A DNA stretch of 64,000 nt, taken from assembly GCF_009914755.1 (NCBI RefSeq), contig NC_060941.1, one strand, 5' to 3'. The notes beneath the pieces were generated by a model. The model was not told the origin of the DNA. It saw nothing but the letters and a program-made list of their open reading frames with translations, and ran no database searches. Of the stretch, positions 12,420-26,163 are shown piece by piece. Source of the stretch: the human T2T-CHM13v2.0 reference genome, Homo sapiens. The position numbers were made by a program, and so were the translations under genes. The stretch's first letter is position 1, and each line of letters starts with the position of its first letter.

Positions 12420-12939
12420 TGATGAAATCACAGTGAAACTTCTCCACTCTCCAGTCCAGAGACGGCCATCTCCCCATGGCCTCCGCAGGGCATTCTCCAA
12501 ACTCACACATCTGGAGCCAATGCCCACGGGCTCCTGGCTGGTCATTCTGTGTTGTCTGATACTGTTCATGTTGGTGACCTTAGTGCTGACCAGGGAGGGA
12601 GTCTGGCTCTCTTCTATTGGAGGTAATTGTGGAGTGGGGTGGCTGTGGGGCCTCAGAACACCTTGGAGCTCTCAAAGACCCTCTCACATCTTGGCCATTC
12701 CCACTTCCAGGACCAAAGCAATGATTCTGGGAATCAGCTGGGGCCACCACTGGAATAGAATGAGGCGGTGGAGAGAGCCCAAGTTGGGAAAATGGAAGCT
12801 TTGGTGACTGTGGGGGATGTGAGAGCCACAGACAGGAGACCACGGGTGCCTCTGCCTGCCACATATTTGAAAATGCACAAAGCGAGAGCCTCCCCTCTCC
12901 CCAGCACACGCAGGCACAGGGAAGTGTGATCATGGAATC

Positions 12940-13135
12940 AATTTATTTGTCTACTAATGCGCCAGGCACTGTGTTTTATAGGTATGAGCCCATGTCAGCC
13001 TCACGACAACCCTTGAGATAGGTCCTATCAGTGCCTCCATTTTAAAGATGAGAAAACAGAGGCACAGAGAGGTGAAGCATCTTGTCCGGAATCACACAGC
13101 TAGTGGGTGGGGTAGCCAGGATTTGGACCTAGGGG
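12940..13135 (-). mobile_element. MIR
   Basis: ccattttaaagatgagaaaacagaggcacagagaggtgaag ... tcacacagctagt. Confidence 0.85.
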
Positions 13136-14032
13136 GAGCTCCATCCGGGCACCAAGTCCACTGTCCCCTGGAAATCACATCATGACAAGGGGAGAAGGCA
13201 GTGGGGAGATGGAAAAGTTGGGAGGCTGTTCAGGAACTGGTGACAAGGAGGGGGAAGGCTGCCATCTGGCACCACCATGCAGGCAGTCCCAGATGGTGGA
13301 GAACCCACATCCACTGCCTGGCCGGGCTGGAACAGGATGGGGCGCAGACAGGCAGGTTCTCGGCAGACAGGCTCTGTGAAGAAGGTCTCATTCTTCCCCC
13401 ATCCCACCCCAAGGGAGTGGCGAGGGAAGGGAAGCCTGTGACCTCATCATCTGGGCCAAGGCCAATGACATCACCAGGAGGGCAAGGAGCCAGGCCCAGC
13501 AAGTTATTTATGGAAACGGCTGGCGGCCAGGCACAGCTCCTGAGCTGTTTCAGATGTGGCTGGGATAAAGCCTCCAGCTGGCCCACTGGGGCTGCTGAGG
13601 CCAGGCAGGCGGGTGAGGATGAAGGAGGGCTGGAGGAGGGCTGGGGGAGTCAGCCCGCTGATGGGGCAGGGCTCTTCGAAGGCTCACTGGGGTCCCCAGA
13701 GGGGATCACTGGGGCACCATGCTTCTCCTTGGCGTCTGCCCATCTGTGTCCTCCCTTGCTCAGGGTGGACCTGTGGTCTCTGCAGCCTGCCATCAGGGTC
13801 TGAGTCTGGATGAGCTTAGAAAGAGCAGCATGGAGATTTCAATCACAAGCCACAGCTCATGTGTGCATCTATATTCGTGTGCCTGAGGGGATGTACTGTG
13901 TGCATGGCTGTTGTATGTGCGTCCCTGTCAATGGATAGATATACTCTCTGGTCCCTTGTATATTGCTCCCCTGAGTGGTCATAGGGGTAGTTAAGTTTGT
14001 GAGTTCATGGATATGGGGATCTCTGCATGAGA

Positions 14033-14064
<32 letters not shown>

Positions 14065-14065
14065 T
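14033..14065. repeat. (TG)n microsatellite
   Basis: Seen directly. Confidence 0.9.
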
Positions 14066-15643
14066 TGTAGGAGATGGGGAGAAGAGAGAGACAGAGTGCA
14101 CAAGACCTAGCAAATAGGAAGAGAGGAGTCATGAGGGGAGAGAAATCACTGTAGGAAGTTGGGAAATATAATTTCAGTGGAGGATACAGAGGCACTTATG
14201 GAAGCTTCAGCAAAAGTAGACAAACCTTTCAATCTATTTATCAAAAATGCCTGCAGCTCTGCTGCCTGAGTAGGTGCAACAAGAATAAAATATTGAGCAG
14301 AACCAGTGATTGTGGGACTGGAGGAGGCCAATAAATAAGAAATTACTGAGATGCTCACCCTGAGTCCAATGAGTTTGCTCTGGCACTCCCTCTACTCATC
14401 ATGCCCTGTGGTCTCTTGGGTTCTGGCTGGGACAAGCTAGCAGGAACCCACGTGGCCAGATCTCTGGCATTTTGACTTTAGGACTTCTGGAAGGATGCCT
14501 GGGAGAATCAGGGGGAACAGAACTGCCAAGCTCCACTCAGGTAAGCTTTGGTGTGGTGGTAACACAGGGGCCCTGCTTCTCATGCCTCTTGGCCTTGCTA
14601 GCTGCCCTCCTTCCCTTTAAAATCCTCCATGAGGGAACGAAATCTACAAGACCCTGAATGGAGCTTTGGTGGTTGATCTATGGGCTCTCGATGGAGCAAC
14701 AGGGGTATGGGAATGGGAGCCAGGTCATGACCAAGGGGCTCCCAAACCTAGACCCCAGCCTGTGCTATCTGCAAAGACCTCATCTTGCCTCCCAGATCTT
14801 ACGCCTTTTGAGTGATGGGTGGAGGGATGACACCATGAAACCTCCCACTGAACGGGAACCCCATCCTTTGGTACGTCCTCTTTCATGTCATGACCACCCA
14901 CCCCAGAAAAGAAAACGAGCGCTTTTTCAAATGCCCTTAAACTTGAACTCAGGATGAGTTGAAACAGGATGTCTCATTGATTTTTTTTTCACCTCCAAGT
15001 CCACAAAAGAGTAATGGGCGCAGCTTTCCCCCTCCCCTCCCACACCCTGGCAACTGCCCCTCAACCCCCTGACCGATCACCTGCTTCCCTCACACCCACA
15101 CAGCACGCCCTCAATAACAGAACTAGAATCGTTGCATCTCAATGCCAAGAACCACAATGGCAGGATAAACTGCCCGGGAGACCCCATCCAGGGCCATGGC
15201 TGTGGGAGTCACATTCTCTAACCTTCTCCCAGCTGTGATCAGCAGAATGGGAGAGGTCCAGCTGAGTGGCTCTCTGGGTTGCCAAGCTAAACACCCAGAA
15301 GGCAGGAAATAAGATTAACTCTCAGCAGGAAATAGAGGGATAAAGGTTGACTGGGGCAGTGGAGGCACCAACTGGATGTTCCAAGGGACAAAAAGGAGGA
15401 CCCTGGCTCTGTGGGAGCAGCCTGAGCTCACAGAATCCACTCCTTCTGCTTTCAGAAACACAGCAGATGGGAACTCCACTTTTTTAGAGTGTTCTGGGGA
15501 GGCAAATCCCCTATCTACAAGTTGCTCCTAGTTTCCCTGCCTCATTGCAGAAGGCCTATCTTAGGACCCAAGCAAGATGCAGTGTTGTTAGGCTCTTGGA
15601 CCTGGAAAAGGTCCTGAGCTCTCCACTGCCCCACTGCCTCCAC

Positions 15644-15716
15644 TGCACTCTCTAGGTATTTGTAACCGAGTATGATTGCATGTATATGGGTCTGCCCAAG
15701 CATGGGCACCTGTCCC
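15644..15716 (+). repeat. 73-bp dispersed duplication, copy 1 (copy 2 at 18144-18216)
   Basis: Ungapped, 7 mismatches in 73 by manual count. Confidence 0.95.
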
Positions 15717-16384
15717 TTCCAAAAGCACCCTCATCCTTGGGAGGGATGGAGGTGGAACAGCAGGACGAACTTCCCAGCAGTCAATCAATCTAGAATTCTG
15801 AAGACAATTTCACCCCCAGACGGCAACAGGATGAGCAGGATCAGGGAGCAGCACTCTTGTTTGCAGGGCTGGTACTCTCTATCACATTTCTAGAGCCTGT
15901 GAAATGCCATTCCAGGCTGCTGGTCCAGGACCGTTCTCCTTTCCTTGTTTCTCTAGCCCTGCTTCCATGCTGGACAGGCCTAAGTGTGTAGGGGGCGGTG
16001 GTTGAGGAAAGTTGACAGGGCAACCATCCCAGGTGGCTCTTTCCTTTGCCTTTGTAAAATCTGTAAGAAGAGGAAGCAGTCGTTTTCCTGGGGCGCTGGG
16101 GTATAGCCCCATAGGATTGAAACTATGTGAGGCACAGCACCAAGCAGAAAGACCTGGTTTCCATCCTGTCATCTGCGTCCCAGCGGCTCGCATTACTGGC
16201 TCCTTTAAAGACTGACATCTGGGCTTTGGCCAGTGCTCAGATTGCAAGAATAAGGAGCTATATCTCTAGTGAGATGGTCGGGGGGTTGTCATTGCACCAG
16301 CTTTCAAAGGGCTTTTCACCATTGTCATACTTTTCTTTTTCAGTCTTACTTAAGGAGATGTGTTCAAACAATGATGATGATGAT

Positions 16385-16590
16385 GATATTGCCGTGTGCT
16401 TACTCTATGCTAGATGCTTCACTTTTGTTGTTCATTTAATTAGCACAATGATCCAATTAAGTAGGTATTATTATCTCCACTTTTCATATGAGGAAACTGA
16501 GGCCGAGAAAGGCTATGTGACTTTCCAATGGCCACGGGTATCCTGAACCCAAACCCAGGGCTGGATGACTACCAAGCCCATGCTATTGCT
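16385..16590 (-). mobile_element. MIR
   Basis: gtaggtattattatctccacttttcatatgaggaaactgaggccgaga core. Confidence 0.8.
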
Positions 16591-16949
16591 CGGGCACTTT
16601 TCTGCTTCTGCAAGGGAAGTGGTTTCAGGCAGAGAAAGCTAAAAGCTGGCCTGAGTGATTAGCTCTTCTCAGGGTGCAGAAGGCCCAGAACTTCAGGCAG
16701 AGGATGCACAGCCAGCGAGTGACTCATCTCGGTTTGCTTGAGACTTTTTAGCACTGAAAGTCTTGCCTTCTGGGAACCCCATCAGTCTCGGGCACACTGA
16801 GATGGTTGGTACCCTAGATGGAGTGCACGCCAAGGACAGTGTGGACCAGGTACAGTGGATGGACCCTGGAGAACCACCTGCTCTGGGTGGTTGAAGGTAG
16901 TGGGCTCAAGTCAGTGGGCAGAATGAGATTTGCTGGCAAAGGCTCTTCT

Positions 16950-17299
16950 TTTTTTTCTTCTTCTTTTTTTTTTTTTTTGAGATGGAGTCTCGCTCTGTCA
17001 CCCAGGCTGGAGTGCAGTGGCATGATCTCGGCTCACTGTAAGCTCTGCCTCCTGGGTTCACGCCATTCTCCTGCCTCAGCCTCCCGGGTCCACGCCATTC
17101 TCCTGCCTCAGCCTCCCAAGTAGCTGGGACTACAGGCGCCTGCCACCATGCCCGGCTAATTTTTTGTATATATATATTTTTAATAGTGATGGGGTTTCAC
17201 CGTGTTAGCCAGGATGGTCTCAATCTCCTGACCTCGTGATCTGCCCACCTCAGCCTCCCAAAGTGCTGGGATTACAGGCGTGAGCCATCGCGCCCAGCC
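16950..17299 (-). mobile_element. AluY with internal 32-bp tandem duplication
   Basis: AluY diagnostics (ttcacgccattctc, gtgttagccaggatgg); perfect 15-bp TSD ggcaaaggctcttct at 16935-16949 and 17302-17316. Confidence 0.97.
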
Positions 17300-18143
17300 A
17301 AGGCAAAGGCTCTTCTGAGCAGCCAGTCTGTGGATCTGAAGGTCACCAGCTTGATCTACTCCTGTCTCCACTGGAAACAATGTACAAATCCTTCACCACG
17401 TTCATACTTGGCTGCAAGCATGCCCTGTGCCCCTGACATTGCTACGCCTGGCCCTGGGGCCCTGGCCCCATCTGAATCTCATTTCCCCTTAGATGGTAAA
17501 TAAAGAGAATGATGGTTTTCTCAGCCTCTCGTACCACCAACAATCTCCACCCTCTGTCAGTCAAGTCATAGAAGGGTCATGGAAGGGCTGAACATACCAG
17601 GAATGTTGCCAGTGCTGGGGGCCCACACTGTCAGATGCAGGGTTCCGGGTCACTGGGGACCCAGCGAGATGGGACAAGGTGAGAAGAAGAGGAAAAGGAG
17701 AAAGGCAAAATTCCCAGCCAAAAAAAAAAAAAAGTTCAATCAGATTTGTAAAGGGCACAATTTACAAATCCGTCACATATTTTACTAGGCTGGGATTTAC
17801 GGATTAGCCTGTAATACTTAGGCGGCTTTTTGTAATAAAACCCTGAGCCGAGGCAGTCTTGGGGAAGTGAGGAGGAGGAAGGAGGCTTCTCTCTCTATCT
17901 TGCTTTCATTTTCCCAGCATTTTTTGATCTAGGCAGTCCCATTAATCTGTGCTTTATCTGCCTATGGAGAAGGATTGAGCTCTTTATTGGATTTTTGTCA
18001 AGAATAAATGATTTAGTTTGGGATACTGTGGAAACGATTTTTGTGGTATTACACCATCTAATAAATGAAACAGCAGGGATCAATTCCTTTCTTGCAATGT
18101 GTTCAACAGGCAGGGTGAAATATGCCCCACAATTATTTGGTAT

Positions 18144-18216
18144 TGCACTCCATAGATATTTATAACCGAGTAGGACTGCATGTATATGGGTCTGCCCAGG
18201 CATGGGCACCTGTCCC
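18144..18216 (+). repeat. 73-bp dispersed duplication, copy 2
   Basis: Matches 15644-15716. Confidence 0.95.
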
Positions 18217-19009
18217 AGATGATGTGATCCATTAGTCCCAGAGCATGAGACTAGAGACCCAAGTGACAGGTCGGTCAGAAATGCTGACCAGGTTCACTCG
18301 AACAGTCAAGGCTGAGGGCTGGAGAGAAGGAATCAGGTTTGAAGGTGAGGGCTGCAGTTGAGAGACTGTATTTACCAAGGCTTGAGTGCTTTTCCTGGAG
18401 CTTTGGAAGTGAGAGAAACTAACAGGGTGGGACGTCATTGCCACAGCAGACCTGGCAAATGCCTGGTGCGTGGGGACTCTATGCAGAGAACTGAGGTCCC
18501 ATCCCCTACCCATCCTGGGTACCCCCGTCCATGTCCCACTGGCCTCTCTCCCTGGACATTGCTTCGAGGGAAAATGTCTGGAAGTTTTTGGAGAAGGGAC
18601 CTGGCTTTCTGTCCAGGTAGGCTCATAAGGTTTATATCCCTGAAGCCTCACAAATATTTATTGAGAGCCTATTACATGACAGCGCTTAGCACAGGCCTGG
18701 CCTGAAGTAAACTGGATATAGATATTTGTTCACAGATTGACAAACAGAAAGCCTTACAAGATGCCCTTCCCAGGCGCAAACCCACGTCACCCTCACAAGC
18801 AGAAACAGGGAATAGTAAGGATGAGGGACAGATGGTCGCTAGGAAACTGCAGCCTTCCTCCGATCCCTAACCCCAGGGGTAAAAACAGAATGATCGTGAA
18901 GGCAGGGAGCGGGGACAGGTGGTCCTGGGCAGCGTGGCTTATGCCCTGCCCATGGAGATGCCTGTGTTGGAGATGGTTGCTTACCCAGGTTTCACACGCC
19001 GGACATCAG

Positions 19010-19860
19010 CACCTTGGCTCAAATTGTTGAAAACAGTCCCCTTCGGTCTATCAGCGCCATCAGAGACATGTTGGACGTGACACCTTTGTGAGCTTTGTAC
19101 ACCTCAATATTCATCAAATGAAGGCCCGAAGAAATGGATGTCAGTATTAGCAAGATTCTTTCGCCCAGAGCTTCGTGGCGTTGGTATCTCCTTGGCTGGT
19201 CTTGCCTCCCAGCTGCATGCTCTGTAAATGTTTGTAGTGAGCGTGAGACACTACAGCTCTCTGTCTCTCTGCCTTAAGCCCACTCTATTTTTATACTATT
19301 TGGTATTATCTTTGCTGGCTGTTTTTTCTCTGCCACAATCAGAATTCTTGGGGCTCGGTGCCGACGGGAGGGGTTTTAAGTGTCTTTGGCAGGAAGAATT
19401 TCTTCTGTCTGTAGTTCAATCTGAAGTTCATTCACATTCTCCTTGCAAAGAATGGCGGATGCAGTGAGAGTTGCCGTAAAAGCGATGAAAAAGTCATCGG
19501 CAATCCTTACCACATCCGTACATCGGCAGCTCGGAGGCTTGACTGCTGGAGCGAGATGTGGCCCAAGACGCCCCGGTGGAGGCTAGGGTCCTCATGGTGC
19601 CATTTGCCCCAACTCCCAGGAGGGGCAGGGAGACGATTTCCTCTCAACTTCCCAGGCGGCTTTAGGATGTCAACTTGGGTCTTGGCCTGGAGCCCTTTGG
19701 ATTCTTTCATGTTTTTCTTGACTTGCTAAGTGTGCTTTCCATCAGTTGGATACGGAATGCATCAAAACAATCATTATTATTTCAACCACAGCCTCCTCTG
19801 AAAGCGCTTTTTCTTGGATATAACACCTCTGTCTCAAGGCAGTTATTGCCATTCCAATGT
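19010..19860 (-). pseudogene. Putative highly decayed Gypsy/Ty3 pol relic (RNase H end to integrase core), possibly MamGyp-type internal sequence
   Basis: Minus-strand multi-frame translation gives, in order: EVLYPRK, ERIQRAPGQDPS, LPAPPGSWGKWHHEDPSLHRGVL, VKPPSCRCTDVVRIADD, KTLKTPP...LWQR, RHEALGERIL/NTDIHFFGPSFDEY, SDG..DR..TVFNNL. Spacings are Gypsy-like; catalytic residues are not retained. Confidence 0.5.
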
Positions 19861-20487
19861 GTTATGCTGTGATTTCATCCTCAGAGGGAGCTGCCACACT
19901 CAGAAAGCAAACAGACTCTTCCCACATCTCGGCATAGAGCAACCCTGTCCTTCCAGTTTGTTCTTCGGGCCACACATCTATGAGCCAGGACAGATGCATC
20001 TCTTTCTCCCACACTCCACATTCCATCCATTGGGAAATGCTGCCGGCTCTGCTTCAAACTGCCCAGAATCCCACATCATTCTTCCCCATTTCAAGTGCTT
20101 TTCTCCGGCTCCAGCTGGGACTCCTGCCCCATCCTGACCCTGGCAGCCCATGCTCAGCATGGCAGCCAGGGTGAGCCACTCACAGCTCAAACCGTTCAGA
20201 CCTCCTCCTTTTCCCAGAACGAGAATTGGGTCTTCGCCATGGCCTCAGGGCCCCTTGCAATGTGGCCTGAGTGACCGCTCTGACCACCCCTTCCCCAGCT
20301 GCCCGCCCTGCCCACCCCACAGCAGCCCCACTGGCTGCCTTGCCCTATGATCAAATAACCCAGGCAGTCCCCTGCCTCGGGACCTTTGCACTGGCTGTTC
20401 CTTCTGCCTGGAAGGCTTGTCCCACAGAGACCTGCATGGCTGATGGCTGACTCCATTACTGCCTTGAGATTCTTATTTCAAGGCATA

Positions 20488-20720
20488 AGGCAGCATTGTG
20501 CAGAGGATAAGAGCACAGACTGGAGCCCCACTGCCTGGCCTCAAGGGCCTTTGCTGACATTTACTGACCACCTGACACTGCAAATGGTATTTCACCTCTC
20601 CCTACCTCAGTTTTCTTCTCTGTAAAATGGGGAAATAATCACATTAATTCATACTGTTATAATGAGGATTCAATGATTTAATATTTGTAAAGGACTTATA
20701 GCCAGAATGAATGTGAAATA
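20488..20720 (+). mobile_element. MIR
   Basis: aggcagcattgtgcagaggataagagcacagactggagcc ... cctcagttttcttctctgtaaaatgggga. Confidence 0.8.
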
Positions 20721-20728
20721 AGCGACTA

Positions 20729-21124
<396 letters not shown>

Positions 21125-21548
21125 CTACACTCCCAGTCTTTCTCCTCTCCTGTGCTTTTGCTTGTATTTCATTGTATGTATCCCTTCTTACTACATAATT
21201 TACTTATTTCTTTTGGTTGCTATTTACTGTCTCCCCCAACCAGAATTGCTAGAATACAAGCTCCATGAGGACAGAAATCTGTGTTTTGCTCACTATGGTA
21301 CCTACATGCTTACACAGTACTTGGCCTGTAAGAGTCGTTTAGCAAGTTTATACCCCCTCACCTACACATTAGAACTTTTCGGTTAAAAAGTATGTGTTTT
21401 TTTATTATATAAGGAAAATATGTAGAAAAGTTCCCATTACAGAAGCCATGCATGGTGGAGGCACCATACTGAACGTAAGAGAATTAAGTGAAATTCTGAG
21501 TCTTGGGGTAGATTCTTCCAGAAGGTAACCTGAGATATGGTGTATTAG

Positions 21549-22542
<994 letters not shown>

Positions 22543-22790
22543 CTAGATAAATTGATCTCGTTCATGTTAAAATTCATATACCCATACATATACACATACA
22601 TGTGTACATTTGTGTACAAAATACATATACGTTATACATAAATCTCTGGAGACTATATACCAAATGATTAATAGGAGTTAATGGCGGGGTATAGCTTTCA
22701 TGTCTACATAATTTGAATTTATTTTTCAGTATAATTAGCATTTATTTCTACATGGGGAATGTCTTACTTTTATACTTCAAAAAGGTTTTA

Positions 22791-23112
<322 letters not shown>

Positions 23113-23199
23113 CAGACAGGATAAAGGCACATCATGGGAAACAGGGAGAATACAGACATGTATAAAGAAGGCAATCTTTGATATATTTCTTTCCAGTCT

Positions 23200-23370
23200 T
23201 TCTTCAACATATGACATGGGCTTGTGCTCAATATATAATTTTAAAGCCTAACTTTTTTTACTTAATTTTATATCACGAGCATTTTCCATGTCATTAAAGA
23301 TTCTTTGCACATATATTGTTAATGGCTGTATAATATTCCTTCACAGATATGTCATTATTTATTTATCCAT
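23200..23370 (-). mobile_element. Old L1M fragment
   Basis: ttttttacttaat ... attttccatgtcattaaa ... aatggctgtataatattcc. Confidence 0.6.
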
Positions 23371-23785
23371 CCATTCCATCCACCATCAACTTTCCTCACA
23401 CCCTCCTCATCCCCCATTAATACCCTAACTACTTAGATGAGAAACGGTGGCTCTCACAGTCCCTGCTGAATGAATGTATATCTGGAGCATTCTGGAGAAT
23501 ATCAAAGTCAGGAGTTCATTCATATAAATAGGGCACAGACCAAAGCAAATCAATATCTCCATGACGCATCTTCCTTCAAGGCACAGAAGCCCTTAGCATT
23601 GTGTTTCAGGGAGTAAGGTGACCTGCCCTGAGCTCTCTGCATCATCTCACTTGGGTCTTCATGTCTCCTGGCTTTTTCCTGGTAGGTTGCCCTGAACAAA
23701 ACTACCTAAACTATAAGCTCATGAATAAATAGGTTTGGGATAAAAATAAGGTTGGGATACGAGCCTAGTAATTTTCCAAAAATAG

Positions 23786-24262
<477 letters not shown>

Positions 24263-25044
24263 TAACGAGATTTGTAACTAAAAAAGCAACACCTCTCTGC
24301 AGCTGCCCTTGTGGACAAGGGAAGGGAGGGGTCAGGAGGCTGAGGAGGAACAGCCAGGACAGCCTCTCCTGCTGCATGGAATCTTCCATCCACTTGGTGA
24401 CTGAGACTACGTATTTCTGGTTGCACAGGAAGCGCACTGACCTGTTCTGGTTTGGTATCAACACAATAACAGAGGTAACCTTAAAATAGTTTTTCTGCCT
24501 TTGGAATAAAACCTTTTGCAATGAACAGAATCTAGGAGAAGAGGTTAATTGAGAGTTGACTCACAATCTTAGATTTGCAGAAAAGAGGGTCAGGTGGAGC
24601 CCTTTTGCAGGAGTTATTTACCTCAAAGCTTCAACCTCTCCACCCTGTGGATTAAGCTGCTCAAGGCTGAGCCCTGCCCTGGCTCAGTCCTGGTACCCAG
24701 GAAATGCGACTGTTGGTCCTACCCACACAGAGAGTTATAATCTATGAGTATATCATGAAAAAGGAATTCAGTCCAATATTTTGGAGACTCCTACTTTGAC
24801 ATCCCCTCCTTCCCTGGGCAGGGAAGATGATCTTTTCAGCAACGGGATCCGCTGGAGTTTTAGAATTTGATTGGGTTCAACTAAAAACAAAACAAATAAC
24901 GCCAGCCATTGTTCTGGGAACTATGTACACAAAGATAAATAAGACTCTGTGTGGTCATAGGGGTCTCAGTCTAGAAGGAAAACATGTGAAAATAATCACA
25001 GTGAGGGTGTGAGCATTGGTGAAAGAACACCAATGTTCTTACTT

Positions 25045-25265
25045 TGCTCATTCATTCGTTTGGCAAATGTTAATTGTCTACTGTGTGCCAGGCACCTTGC
25101 TAGTGTCGGGGGGATACAATGTCCCATGACAGATACAGCCCTTGCCATCATGAAGCTTATAGTGAGCAAGTAGACGTTGAGCAAATAACATAATACATCT
25201 TTGATTTGCATTTGTGACAGAGGTGTTGAAAGACGTACAGGAAGCTATGAGAGTTTAATATCAGA
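25045..25265 (-). mobile_element. L2 3' end
   Basis: tcattcattcgtttggcaaatgttaattgtctactgtgtgccaggcacc ... cccttgccatcatgaagcttatagt. Confidence 0.75.
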
Positions 25266-25692
25266 GAACTTGTGAGCTCAGATAATTCCCCGAAGTCGGC
25301 TTCCCCACAACCTCCTGTCTGTCCTCCCCTCAGCCTGATGTGTGCAACAGCCTCCTCCTCCACCAGATTCTGACCTTGGACCTCACTGATTCCCCAGGTC
25401 CAGGCTCTCTGCCTCTGGAGTGCAGCTTGCCACACCTGCAAAGCAAGCCCAGGGCACCTCTGCCTGATGCGCGGCTGAAACATCTGGGCTTGGCAGGATA
25501 GGAAGACGCAGGGAACAGGGCTCCAGACTGGACACCGGTCCTCCATCCAGCTCTGTCGCAAAGTAGCCATGTGGTCTGGATTCCTCCCACACATCCTGTT
25601 CCCTTCAGTCCCCAGGCTCTCCCTACCCACCTCTGCTTGTCCCCACATCCTCTGCATACTATGAGGAAGCACCACCCACAGCCTCTGGAAGC

Positions 25693-25882
25693 AGGATGCT
25701 TGGCTTCAGATCCTACCACCTTGGGCACATCACTTTACCTCTGTGTGCCTCAGTTTCCTCCTCTATAAAATGGGCACAACACCAGCACCTAGCACTCAGG
25801 GTGGTTGTGACGATTAAGTGTGTTAATGCAAGAGCACCTCACACATGGGCCCATGGTACATGCCATGTAAGTGCCAGCTGCT
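25693..25882 (+). mobile_element. MIR
   Basis: accttgggcacatcactttacctctgtgtgcctcagtttcctcctctataaaatggg. Confidence 0.85.
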
Positions 25883-25984
25883 CTGCTCATTCCATGTATC
25901 ATTTTCCCACCAAATCGATGTGACTTCAAAGGAAGGGCACAGAGACTCATGCCGTATTACCTGTAACATTTAGCGTCCACACCC

Positions 25985-26163
25985 TTGGTTCTCAAACTTA
26001 AGCATGCAACAGCGTCACCTGGAGGGCTTGCTGGAGCACAGCCTGCTGGGCCCCTTCCAGAGCTTCTGATTGTGCAGGTCTGGGGCGGGGCCTGAGAATG
26101 TGCATTTCTAACAAGTTCCCAGATGCTGCTGCTGGTCCAGGGACCACACTTTGAGAACCACTG
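25985..26163. mobile_element. MER5A
   Basis: tggttctcaaactt ... cctgagaatgtgcatttctaacaagttcccag ... actttgagaaccactg. Confidence 0.9.

Noticed and set aside
19490-19830. Reading VRIADDFFI and SAFRGGCG as non-LTR or group II intron reverse transcriptase motifs
   Set aside because: Spacing between the putative RT motifs is too short and there is no PQG motif; the Gypsy integrase reading explains more motifs with the expected spacing
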